From positions 1-45,422 of the IMG/VR virus record IMGVR_UViG_3300043473_000022: 45,422 bases of DNA. One strand, given 5' to 3'. Under the pieces are notes generated by a model that worked only from the letters and a program-made list of their open reading frames with translations, did not search any database and was not told the DNA's origin. Below, piece by piece: positions 6,670-15,169 of the stretch. The DNA is from a virus (taxonomy: Duplodnaviria; Caudoviricetes). A program made the position numbers and the translations under genes. How positions within the stretch are numbered: position 1 is the first letter of the stretch; the number at the start of each line of letters is the position of its first letter.

Positions 6670-8205
6670 ATGTCGCAGAACAATTACAAACTCCGAAAGA
6701 ATACGATACACTGGGACTTCGATCAGTCCCGGCACAAGATCCAATTTTTCGGCGGTGGTTTTGCGAATGGGAAAACAACGGCCCTCGTAATAAAGGCATT
6801 AAAGCTTTGTGTGGAGTACCCCGGATCGAACGGACTCCTTGGCCGAAGCACATACCCAAAACTCAACGACACCTTGCGTAAGGTTTTCTTTTTGTGGTGT
6901 CCTCCTGACTGGATCAAGAAGATGCCGACGCAGGACGACAATACGTGCTATTTGAAGAATGGCACGATTATTAACTTTCGGTATATCTCGCAGAGAGGTA
7001 AGCAGAATGTTGATGGATCAACCACATCGAATCTCCTCTCAGCGACGTATGATTGGATCGGCATCGATCAAATTGAAGATCCTGAAATCGTACATAAAGA
7101 CCTTCTTGATCTTATGGGACGTTTGCGTGGACAGGCACCTTATCGTCCTGAAGGACCAGAAGATACCACCATGCCGGACTCTGGGCCGAGATGGTTGATG
7201 TTGACGAGCAACCCAACGAGTAATTGGGTTTACAAAGAATTGATTAAGCCTCTTCAGATTTATAAGAAGTCAGGCCGTAAGGTCGATCAGCTTTTGGTTC
7301 ATCCTGTAACAGGAGTGCCGATCATTGATCTTATTGAAGGTGCGACCTACGCGAATAAAGAAAATCTTACAGAGGATTTCATTCGCACGTTGGAGGCGTC
7401 GTACCGAGGCCAGATGCGAAAAAGGTTCCTTGAGGGCAAATGGGCAGCATACGAGGGTCTTGTATATCAAGAGTATGAAGAGGATAAACACTTGCTCTCA
7501 AGAGAGCAATGCATGAACCATCTGTGGGAACTACAGAGGAAAAACTACAGTGTCAAAGCTATCGAGGGATACGATTTCGGGATATCCTCTCCTTCGTGTT
7601 ATCTTTTTGGATTCGTGGATGACTGGGGCAGAGTCGTTATACTGGATGGATTCTATGAGAGGAATCTTCACTACACCAGACAACCGGATCGAGTTCAAAA
7701 GATTAGGAACAAATACGCTCATCTTATCAACGTGGATGAATCGATCAGGGCAGATCCTAGCATCTTTCGCCAGAAGGTTATCGAGAAGCACGTTGATACT
7801 GGAACACCTATATCGCAGCTACTCGCAGATGCCGGAATGGACTGCCGACCGGCTACGAACGATATTATCACGGGAGTTGCAAAGGTTGCAGCTTACCTCG
7901 CAGAACAGCCTTCCCATGAGCACATCCTCAGCGGAAAGTCTCCGGGACCGCTTCTGTACTTTGTCGATGATTTGGACTATCTCACCGATGAGATTACAAA
8001 CTATTATTGGGATCGTTCTTCACAGGGGGAGCACATCGATCGACCGATTGACCGTGACGACCATGCAATGGATGCTCTCAAGTATATGCTCTCCCACCAG
8101 CCCGAACCTGCACAGATAGATATTCCTAAGTCAAAGATCATTCCGAAGTATATGTTCTGGATGGAGACTGACGACGATGGAAAGCACGCAAGGCGAGCTT
8201 TTTGA
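6670..8205 (+). CDS. terL: Terminase large subunit
   Basis: Walker A GGGFANGKT, Walker B WIGIDQ, motif III TSNP, nuclease GYDFG and DDHAMDALKY. Confidence 0.95.
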   Translation: MSQNNYKLRKNTIHWDFDQSRHKIQFFGGGFANGKTTALVIKALKLCVEYPGSNGLLGRSTYPKLNDTLRKVFFLWCPPDWIKKMPTQDDNTCYLKNGTIINFRYISQRGKQNVDGSTTSNLLSATYDWIGIDQIEDPEIVHKDLLDLMGRLRGQAPYRPEGPEDTTMPDSGPRWLMLTSNPTSNWVYKELIKPLQIYKKSGRKVDQLLVHPVTGVPIIDLIEGATYANKENLTEDFIRTLEASYRGQMRKRFLEGKWAAYEGLVYQEYEEDKHLLSREQCMNHLWELQRKNYSVKAIEGYDFGISSPSCYLFGFVDDWGRVVILDGFYERNLHYTRQPDRVQKIRNKYAHLINVDESIRADPSIFRQKVIEKHVDTGTPISQLLADAGMDCRPATNDIITGVAKVAAYLAEQPSHEHILSGKSPGPLLYFVDDLDYLTDEITNYYWDRSSQGEHIDRPIDRDDHAMDALKYMLSHQPEPAQIDIPKSKIIPKYMFWMETDDDGKHARRAF

Positions 8206-8210
8206 TAACC

Positions 8211-8225
8211 TGTGTGAGACACACA
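8211..8225. repeat. TGTGTG-N3-CACACA palindrome
   Basis: TGTGTGAGACACACA. Confidence 0.95.
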
Positions 8226-8237
8226 AGGAGGGATACG

Positions 8238-8417
8238 ATGGGCGCAAATATCTGGTTCTGGTTAATCTACGTACTGGTCGGTATCTTTGGTATAGCGGGG
8301 ATGAACCCATGGAGACCAGTGGGAAATTACCCGTGGGCACCCTTTGGAAGTTGGCTAATACTATTCATCCTAATCGGATTGTTGGGGATTAGTCTTTACG
8401 GGAGCCCGGTTAGGTGA
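8238..8417 (+). CDS. Small two-TM membrane protein (holin-like)
   Basis: AGGAGG SD; two hydrophobic helices in 59 aa. Confidence 0.6.
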   Translation: MGANIWFWLIYVLVGIFGIAGMNPWRPVGNYPWAPFGSWLILFILIGLLGISLYGSPVR

Positions 8418-8638
8418 ATGCAGTTACGGCTCTAATCATTCTTCATAGTTTGACTGGAGCCGAGGTTGTAATAAACCCTCAGTTAATAACAAGCATGCAA
8501 CAAGGTGCTCCGGGTCAACCGAATAAGAACCTTGTACAGGGGGCTAAATGCGTAATCAATTTAGTAGATGGAAAATTCATCACGGTTGTAGAAACCTGTG
8601 ATCAGGTTCGCAACAAGATCGAGGGGAGGCGGCAATGA
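8414..8638 (+). CDS. FlbD/SwrD-like small protein
   Basis: Pattern L-x-x-L-x-G-x-E-V-x-I-N-P...I-x-L-x-D-G-K...V-x-E-T-x-D-Q-V resembles FlbD family; GTG start coupled to upstream stop. Confidence 0.55.
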   Translation: MNAVTALIILHSLTGAEVVINPQLITSMQQGAPGQPNKNLVQGAKCVINLVDGKFITVVETCDQVRNKIEGRRQ

Positions 8639-8805
8639 AAGGCTTCACACTTTTAATGCTGGCGCTGACACTCAGCGGATGTATGGTTACAGATAGAGAG
8701 CAGATCTTCTATACTCGTGCAGAGGTCGATGCGATCAATGCACGGGGCGAATGCAAAATGTTGGCGCGGACATTAGTTCAGATTTCTCGGTGTGACAACC
8801 GTTAG
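8635..8805 (+). CDS. Small lipoprotein (56 aa), possible spanin component
   Basis: Not in ORF track; MKGFTLLMLALTLSGC lipobox; GGAGG SD; ATGA overlap with upstream gene. Confidence 0.7.
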   Translation: MKGFTLLMLALTLSGCMVTDREQIFYTRAEVDAINARGECKMLARTLVQISRCDNR

Positions 8806-8818
8806 TGTGAGACACACA
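8804..8818. repeat. TGTGTG-N3-CACACA palindrome
   Basis: AGTGTGAGACACACA before portal. Confidence 0.9.
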
Positions 8819-8820
8819 AG

Positions 8821-11103
8821 ATGGCAAATGAGTTCGATAAAGACATGAACGACGATGACGATCCGGTTGGTGACGATTTCGATGTCAACGACATCATCGA
8901 TGGCAAGAAACCGAAAGCAAAGGAACCTAAAGAGGTTCCGATGTATCAGGTATATGCTGACTCCAAGATTCCGGTAAGCAAAGCTTACGGCTCCCTGTGG
9001 AGGACGATGATCGACTCATCGTTAAAAGCCAATGAACTCATTTACGAAGCATGGGAGCAGTGCTTTTCCTATTATAATAACCACCAAGTTAAAATACAAA
9101 GTAGCTCTAAGGGAACATTCTCCCGAGGTGACATTACCGAGAACGTGGTTTATTCCAACGTTAACGTTATGCTGCCCGCAGTGTATGGGCGTGACCCGGA
9201 CATTGCCGTTAATACCACTGATAAAGAGGACGAGAAATTCGCAGAATGTGCTCACAATCTTCTCAATGCCCTTCTGAAGGGCAAAAACCTCTTAAACTGC
9301 AAGCCCAAGGTAAAAAAGGCGGTTGGCGTAGCCTTGATGACCAATTACGGAGTGCTGAAGCTGGACTACGTGCTGAAGGCCGATTCGTCAGACTCTGCAA
9401 TGCAATCACTGATGGAAGTTACGCAAGAGATCGAGAAAGCGAAGAACGCGAAAGCTTTAGAGAACGCATACGGAAAGCTCGCTGCAATCGAGTCGGTCGT
9501 AAATGTCTTTGAGTCTGGTGGGCCAAAGCTCAAGAACGTAATGGCTAAGAACCTTGTGATTGATCCTGTATCAGAGATGCCGGATGGTACGGATGCGGGA
9601 TGGATGGCCGAAAGGTGTTTCATTCCCACGAACTTCCTCAAACACAAGTTCACTAGAAAAGGTGAGGACAAAGACTGTTACTATTACATTTTTAAGCCAT
9701 CGCACAAAGCGGTGTTCACGTCGGGCTCGGGAAATACGAAGGATGATGCTTATGGTTTGGTTCTCGAAACCCTTGGAGCAGAGACTTCTTTTCAAGAGAA
9801 TGAAGAAGTCGGCGGGTATCGGTCTTTGTATTATACTGAGTGTTGGATGGTTTGGGACAAAGCCACCAGACGAACAGCCTTGTTCGCGGCTGATGATTGG
9901 ACATATCCACTTTGGGTATGGGACAACTATACTAAAACAACGAGATTTTTTCCTTACTTCATTATTGGATTCGGGCTGTCTACTGGACAAACTACAACCG
10001 TTGGCGAAGTAAGTTACTATCTTGATCAACAGGATGAAATCAATCAGATCAACCGGCAGGTAAGTCGGATTAGAAATTCGATATTTAACTTCTTCTTTTA
10101 TAACTCAAACAAATTGTCTCAAGCTGACGCAGAGCTTTTGATGCAAGCCGTTAAGAGGGGATTTGTTGATGAGCAGTCGGTCGTCGGTGTCAAAGTACCT
10201 GAAGGATCGAAAATTGGTGACGTATTCGAAGCCCTTGCTCCCCCCAGCCTCCAATACGAAGCCCTCTTCAACAAAGAACCTACGATCAACTCTATCAATC
10301 GAATCTCAAATACTTCAGACGCAATTAGAGGCGTTCAGTATAAGACAAACACTAATGAAGCATCAGTTCAAAGCTACCAAGATGCAGCTCGAATGTCTGT
10401 TGGAGCTAAGATTGAAGTTGTTGAAGATGTCATGGCAGACTTATGCAAAGCTCTACTGGAGCAATGCGTACAAAACATGAGCAAGCTTGAGGTGGAGGGA
10501 TTGATTGGTAAAAAGCTTTCCGAAGGCTGGCAGAATATGTCGCTCGAAGAATACAACAAGAGGTTTGCGCTCGATATCGTTCCCGGTACGAGTGAGAAAC
10601 CGAATAGCGTATTCAAGAAGAAGGAAGCGATCCAAGTTGCTCAAGCTATCGGACAGTTTGCTTCTGCCGCTCCTATGACCTCAATGAAAGTGGCATTGAG
10701 AGTTCTTGAACAAGCCTTCACTGAGGTTGTCATCAAGCCCGAGGATTGGGACTTGATGGAGAAGGAAATGGAAATGAACATGATGCGCGGCAACTCCACA
10801 GGTGCCGCAGCCCCACCGCAGCCCGGCCAGAACGGACCACCGCCACCCCAACCGGGTGGTGGAGCGCCCGCTGGGGCTGGAGGCGGACCCGGAGCGCCCC
10901 CCGGTGCTCCGGGAGGTATTCCTCCAGAGTTGGCAAACTTGCCGCCTGAGATTAAGAAGAAAGTTATCGAGATGCACGCTGCCGGGGCTCCCCCTGAGCA
11001 GATTGCACAACTCCTTAAACAAGCCGTGGGCGCACAAGGTGCTCCCGGTGCTCCACCACCCGGAGGGCCTCCGCAAGCTGGCCCCCCACCCACGATGCAA
11101 TAG
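8821..11103 (+). CDS. Portal protein
   Basis: 760 aa, position between TerL and scaffold, helical composition, DQQDEIN segment, Pro/Gly-rich tail. Confidence 0.85.
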   Translation: MANEFDKDMNDDDDPVGDDFDVNDIIDGKKPKAKEPKEVPMYQVYADSKIPVSKAYGSLWRTMIDSSLKANELIYEAWEQCFSYYNNHQVKIQSSSKGTFSRGDITENVVYSNVNVMLPAVYGRDPDIAVNTTDKEDEKFAECAHNLLNALLKGKNLLNCKPKVKKAVGVALMTNYGVLKLDYVLKADSSDSAMQSLMEVTQEIEKAKNAKALENAYGKLAAIESVVNVFESGGPKLKNVMAKNLVIDPVSEMPDGTDAGWMAERCFIPTNFLKHKFTRKGEDKDCYYYIFKPSHKAVFTSGSGNTKDDAYGLVLETLGAETSFQENEEVGGYRSLYYTECWMVWDKATRRTALFAADDWTYPLWVWDNYTKTTRFFPYFIIGFGLSTGQTTTVGEVSYYLDQQDEINQINRQVSRIRNSIFNFFFYNSNKLSQADAELLMQAVKRGFVDEQSVVGVKVPEGSKIGDVFEALAPPSLQYEALFNKEPTINSINRISNTSDAIRGVQYKTNTNEASVQSYQDAARMSVGAKIEVVEDVMADLCKALLEQCVQNMSKLEVEGLIGKKLSEGWQNMSLEEYNKRFALDIVPGTSEKPNSVFKKKEAIQVAQAIGQFASAAPMTSMKVALRVLEQAFTEVVIKPEDWDLMEKEMEMNMMRGNSTGAAAPPQPGQNGPPPPQPGGGAPAGAGGGPGAPPGAPGGIPPELANLPPEIKKKVIEMHAAGAPPEQIAQLLKQAVGAQGAPGAPPPGGPPQAGPPPTMQ

Positions 11104-11104
11104 T

Positions 11105-11119
11105 TGTGTGACACACACA
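11105..11119. repeat. TGTGTG-N3-CACACA palindrome
   Basis: TGTGTGACACACACA. Confidence 0.95.
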
Positions 11120-11129
11120 GGAGAATAAA

Positions 11130-12305
11130 ATGGCAGGCGGACTAGACGGCGACGACAGTGTTGGCATGGAGGTGATCAAGGAATCACTTAATCTTACGAA
11201 TGAAGATCTTGCACCTGAGACTGCTGAACTCGATTGGGGTGATGGAGAATCGGATGAGGGAACAGATGGATATGAAGCTGAACCATCTCCTGAGCCTGCC
11301 CAACGTGAACAGCGGCAACAGCGCGAACCTCAAGAATCTCGTGGGCGTGAACGCGAAGCGCCTCAGCGAGCCGATCCGCTTAAACAAAATACGCTTAAGT
11401 TTGATCCACGGGCGACTTTTAGACAAGATCAAAAGGGCAACCTTGTTGATACGAGAACCGGGGAACTTATTGCGCGAGCGGGCTCTGAGGCCCGTATTTA
11501 CCAGCGTGTTCACAAACAGGCGAGTGATTACATACGTGCAGCAACCGGAAACATACAGAACCAGATGCAGGGTGAGCGTCAGAAACTCAACCGTGCCGTC
11601 GAGATTGGCCTTGGATTTGAAAAGGAGCTTAGTGACCTCAAAGCTTATGTTGGTCAGATCAACGCATTTGAACTCCCAAAAGAAGGTCTGATTGAAGCTG
11701 CACAGTACTACAAACAAGCACAATCTGATCCCGTAGGTGTGTTAAAAAACCTCTTGACACGGGCCGCATTAAGTGGTATAGATATTAGTCAGCTTGGAAT
11801 GGACCCGCAGGGGATCGATCCCAAGACATTGGTAGAGCAAATTCGTAAGGAAATCCAAGCCGGGATTGCTCCGGTTGCTCAGTTTACCAATCAACAAGTT
11901 CAAGAGCGTGAGAACCAGCAAGTCGAGTCCCAATACCTCCGGCAAGCGGAGAGTCAGGTCAACGAGTTCTTCGGAAAGACGAGAGAGGCTATACCCTTCA
12001 CTCATATCTTCCATGCAGTTCTCCAACAACCCCGGTTTCAGCATATGTCACTGGGAGAAATCTGGGACAAGATCCAACTTCACCTGATGCGGAATGGGGT
12101 TAATCCAAGGCAACCCCCCACCCGTAGTCAGAGGCAGCGGCTAAGTGGCACCCGTGAGACACCCTCACGGAGTCTACCGAATGGGCAGGGTATGGCCCCA
12201 TCTGGTGGTGACATGGGACGTGGAGCTAACGCTGGCCCCGCACACCCAAGTATGTCATACGACGCTATCATACGAGAAGTCCTCGGCAATACCGCTCGTA
12301 GGTAA
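11130..12305 (+). CDS. Capsid scaffolding protein
   Basis: Acidic N-terminus, coiled coil, directly upstream of capsid gene. Confidence 0.65.
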   Translation: MAGGLDGDDSVGMEVIKESLNLTNEDLAPETAELDWGDGESDEGTDGYEAEPSPEPAQREQRQQREPQESRGREREAPQRADPLKQNTLKFDPRATFRQDQKGNLVDTRTGELIARAGSEARIYQRVHKQASDYIRAATGNIQNQMQGERQKLNRAVEIGLGFEKELSDLKAYVGQINAFELPKEGLIEAAQYYKQAQSDPVGVLKNLLTRAALSGIDISQLGMDPQGIDPKTLVEQIRKEIQAGIAPVAQFTNQQVQERENQQVESQYLRQAESQVNEFFGKTREAIPFTHIFHAVLQQPRFQHMSLGEIWDKIQLHLMRNGVNPRQPPTRSQRQRLSGTRETPSRSLPNGQGMAPSGGDMGRGANAGPAHPSMSYDAIIREVLGNTARR

Positions 12306-12307
12306 CT

Positions 12308-12322
12308 TGTGTGATACACACA
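12308..12322. repeat. TGTGTG-N3-CACACA palindrome
   Basis: TGTGTGATACACACA before capsid. Confidence 0.95.
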
Positions 12323-12335
12323 GACAGGTGAAGCT

Positions 12336-13304
12336 ATGGTTCTGGATACAATTGTACACTCGATGTTGGATAGGTCGCGGGCCAAGCTCATCATGGCTTC
12401 CGCGATCAGTGGCACGGTCAGTGCCTATTTGCACGCCAAAAAGCGTGTTGTCACTGAGGATGGTGGTCCCCAGATCACCAACCCCTTGATTACGGGTCTT
12501 AACCCGAACGTCCAGTCGATGCAGTATTATGATACTGTCTCTATCGATCAGACGAATGAGTTCAGCACTGTGGAATATTATATGTCCCGCGTGGTTGGCT
12601 CCCTCATCATTTCCGATCAGGAAGAGGATGAAAATCAGGGCCGTGCAGAAATCTTTAAGATCCTCAAGGGGAAAATTCAGGCTCTTGATGAATCGATCAA
12701 GAGAATGTTCGCGAAGTATCACACCTCTGTCGGAACAGGTTCTGATCCTAACGGTCTTGGGAATCTTATTCCTGCTGATCCTACCGTGGGTTCAGTAGGC
12801 GGAATCAATCTCGGCACTGAGCCTCAGTGGAGGAGTTCTTCCTATGATTTCAACGGTACGCTTTCGCCGGAGAACATTGAAGAAGCCTTCGATGATATCA
12901 TTGAACTTGACCTCAACCGCTCGACCGATGGGCAATCTTCCCCTCGACCGACAGTTATTTTCGCCGGTCGAAATATCTACCGAATGCACAAAGCTGCGGC
13001 GCGAGACAAGCAGCAAATTCAGCTCAAGGATTCCGGCACAGGCCGTAAGCTTGTCAACCTGGGAATCTCTGGTACTACCCACAACGGGGTTCCGCTTCTC
13101 TTTGATGAAAAACTTGCGTCAAATGATGCGTACTTCGTGAACGAAGAGTATCTCACCCTGCATGTTCTGCGTGGAGCAAACATGAAGATCAAGAAGCTTT
13201 CGTCCCCGTGGAACATGGATGCCACCGGCCGCCGTGTTGTTTGGGAAGGTCAGCTTTGTTCGTGGAGGCAATACCGCACCCACGCTTATCTCACGAACTC
13301 GTAG
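12336..13304 (+). CDS. Major capsid protein
   Basis: 322 aa; GGPQITNPL, GLGNLI, VGGIN...WRS motifs typical of podoviral HK97-fold capsids; synteny. Confidence 0.85.
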   Translation: MVLDTIVHSMLDRSRAKLIMASAISGTVSAYLHAKKRVVTEDGGPQITNPLITGLNPNVQSMQYYDTVSIDQTNEFSTVEYYMSRVVGSLIISDQEEDENQGRAEIFKILKGKIQALDESIKRMFAKYHTSVGTGSDPNGLGNLIPADPTVGSVGGINLGTEPQWRSSSYDFNGTLSPENIEEAFDDIIELDLNRSTDGQSSPRPTVIFAGRNIYRMHKAAARDKQQIQLKDSGTGRKLVNLGISGTTHNGVPLLFDEKLASNDAYFVNEEYLTLHVLRGANMKIKKLSSPWNMDATGRRVVWEGQLCSWRQYRTHAYLTNS

Positions 13305-13306
13305 TT

Positions 13307-13321
13307 CGTGTGAGACACACA
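13307..13321. repeat. TGTGTG-N3-CACACA palindrome
   Basis: CGTGTGAGACACACA. Confidence 0.9.
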
Positions 13322-13331
13322 GGAGACTTAA

Positions 13332-13748
13332 ATGGCTGTTTCTGGTATTCTCAATGGTTCGAGGCTCGCTTACGTGGTTGTCAAGCAAGAGGGCTCGATC
13401 AAGCGCGAGAAGCACTTCTGGACCAAAGATGGTATCAAGAAGAAGCTTGTAGACGAAGACGCGGGATACCTTGTATATTTCCCGCGTGGCCATGCAATTC
13501 GGGTGAAATCCATGGCCATGCTTCGTCATTACCAGCTTCATAAGGAACCGAAGATCATCCAGTTGGAAGGTCTGAACGATCCGAACAGTCCGCTTGGGAA
13601 GATGTTCATGTCCCAAGATCAGAGTCTCCGTTCCGCTAGTTACCGTGAGCTTGAGCAGATGGTTATCAACCTTGCTGAAGCTCGTGGGAAGATTGAAGTA
13701 GGTGATCATGTTCCACGCGATCCCGACGAAGATGAGCGGGCAGCTTAA
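13332..13748 (+). CDS. Hypothetical protein (head module)
   Basis: AGGAG SD; ORF. Confidence 0.75.
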   Translation: MAVSGILNGSRLAYVVVKQEGSIKREKHFWTKDGIKKKLVDEDAGYLVYFPRGHAIRVKSMAMLRHYQLHKEPKIIQLEGLNDPNSPLGKMFMSQDQSLRSASYRELEQMVINLAEARGKIEVGDHVPRDPDEDERAA

Positions 13749-13761
13749 AGGAGATTGAGAT

Positions 13762-14433
13762 ATGCTTCGTGACCGTCAAAACTTCATGCAGGGAATCAAT
13801 ACGTATGTTCCCGGTATGCAATTTTCAACTGCTCTCAACACGAATGAAGGCAGTGTATTTAGCCTTGGGCGTCCACTGGCCCCCGGCACTCCCACTCCGA
13901 TTGCTATGCCAGCGAACCAGTCAGGATTCCTGACCGATCCGTTGATTCTGAGTGATACGCCTTATGGGCGGAACATTGTTGTGGCGGTCACAACCGCTCC
14001 GACAGGTTCCACCTCTATCCGTGTCTTCGGTGAGGACTACCTCGGGCAGCCTATGGTCGAGGATTTCGCCGTAGCAGGCGCTACCGGGAAGAAGCCCTTC
14101 TACCGCATTCTTGGTGCGAGGGGTATGCCCGGCCACACCACTGCTCCCGCAGCTATTACTGTGGTACGTGGTGCGAACCTATCGCTGCCGTATAAAGGGG
14201 CGATCGAATGGGCGAAGGAAAATAACGTCCATATCGATTTTGCTTTTGCAAAGTGGGTAGCGCCTGATCAGACCGATCCTGCAACTGCAACTAGCGGTGA
14301 TCCGCGTGGGCAGTACATCCCGACCGCAGCACCGGACGGGATTAAAGAGTTCGTGATTAGTATTCGTGCTGACAATGCCGTCAATGCGAACAATAACGGC
14401 GGATTACACGGTATCAAGGCTTACGCAATCTAG
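13762..14433 (+). CDS. Putative virion structural (decoration-like) protein
   Basis: Beta-rich Gly/Thr/Pro composition, position after capsid. Confidence 0.55.
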   Translation: MLRDRQNFMQGINTYVPGMQFSTALNTNEGSVFSLGRPLAPGTPTPIAMPANQSGFLTDPLILSDTPYGRNIVVAVTTAPTGSTSIRVFGEDYLGQPMVEDFAVAGATGKKPFYRILGARGMPGHTTAPAAITVVRGANLSLPYKGAIEWAKENNVHIDFAFAKWVAPDQTDPATATSGDPRGQYIPTAAPDGIKEFVISIRADNAVNANNNGGLHGIKAYAI

Positions 14434-14446
14434 TGTGAGACACACA
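14432..14446. repeat. TGTGTG-N3-CACACA palindrome
   Basis: AGTGTGAGACACACA. Confidence 0.9.
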
Positions 14447-14448
14447 AC

Positions 14449-15153
14449 ATGGCCAAGACAATCCGAGAGATCGTTACTGACGCTCAAGAATTGCTTGGCG
14501 ACGTGCCGGGTGCAGGTGTGCAGACATACGCAGATGATCGTATGTTTCGCGACTGCATCCGGGCGTTTAATCTGTTTCACAAGAAATATCCTTGGGATCA
14601 GTTTACAAGCTGGTCGCTCGTAGAGCTTGATGGAGTATATGGAAAGATCATCGATCCAGTATTCCAACACTTGAAGGACTTCGAGGATATATTCTCAGTT
14701 TTCCCTGAGAACTCCAACTTCGAAATTCCGATCTTAGATCGACGACGCAATCCTAACTCGCTCCGTGGAACGAGTGCTTTGTTCTGGACGGCGCTGCCTA
14801 CGATTGATCCTGAATATCAGTTCAAGCGTATCCAGATCATTCCTCCGACCACCACTGGCAAAGTTGTTATCTGCTGGCGGCATTATCCCAGAAACTATCT
14901 TGAGGATGGTAAGCAAAATCCTTGGGACTGGAATGATGTTATGGACCTCGATGAGGACATGCTCACTCATGCAGTTGCATGGATGACGCTTTCCGGCGAT
15001 GATATCAATGCGGGCGCAGCTCAGGATCAGCAAAATCTTGCAGATGATAGGTTCTCTGAAATCACAGGCAACCTAGCACGCAGGAAGATTACCCCGAACA
15101 AAACGGGCGGCGGAGTTCCATATAACTGGTATCCAACAAGTCCAAACCCTTGA
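14449..15153 (+). CDS. Putative head-tail adaptor (tail tubular A-like)
   Basis: Size, N-terminal helix, YPW motif, synteny before nozzle. Confidence 0.6.
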   Translation: MAKTIREIVTDAQELLGDVPGAGVQTYADDRMFRDCIRAFNLFHKKYPWDQFTSWSLVELDGVYGKIIDPVFQHLKDFEDIFSVFPENSNFEIPILDRRRNPNSLRGTSALFWTALPTIDPEYQFKRIQIIPPTTTGKVVICWRHYPRNYLEDGKQNPWDWNDVMDLDEDMLTHAVAWMTLSGDDINAGAAQDQQNLADDRFSEITGNLARRKITPNKTGGGVPYNWYPTSPNP

Positions 15154-15169
15154 GGTTTGGAGGCTGTCC

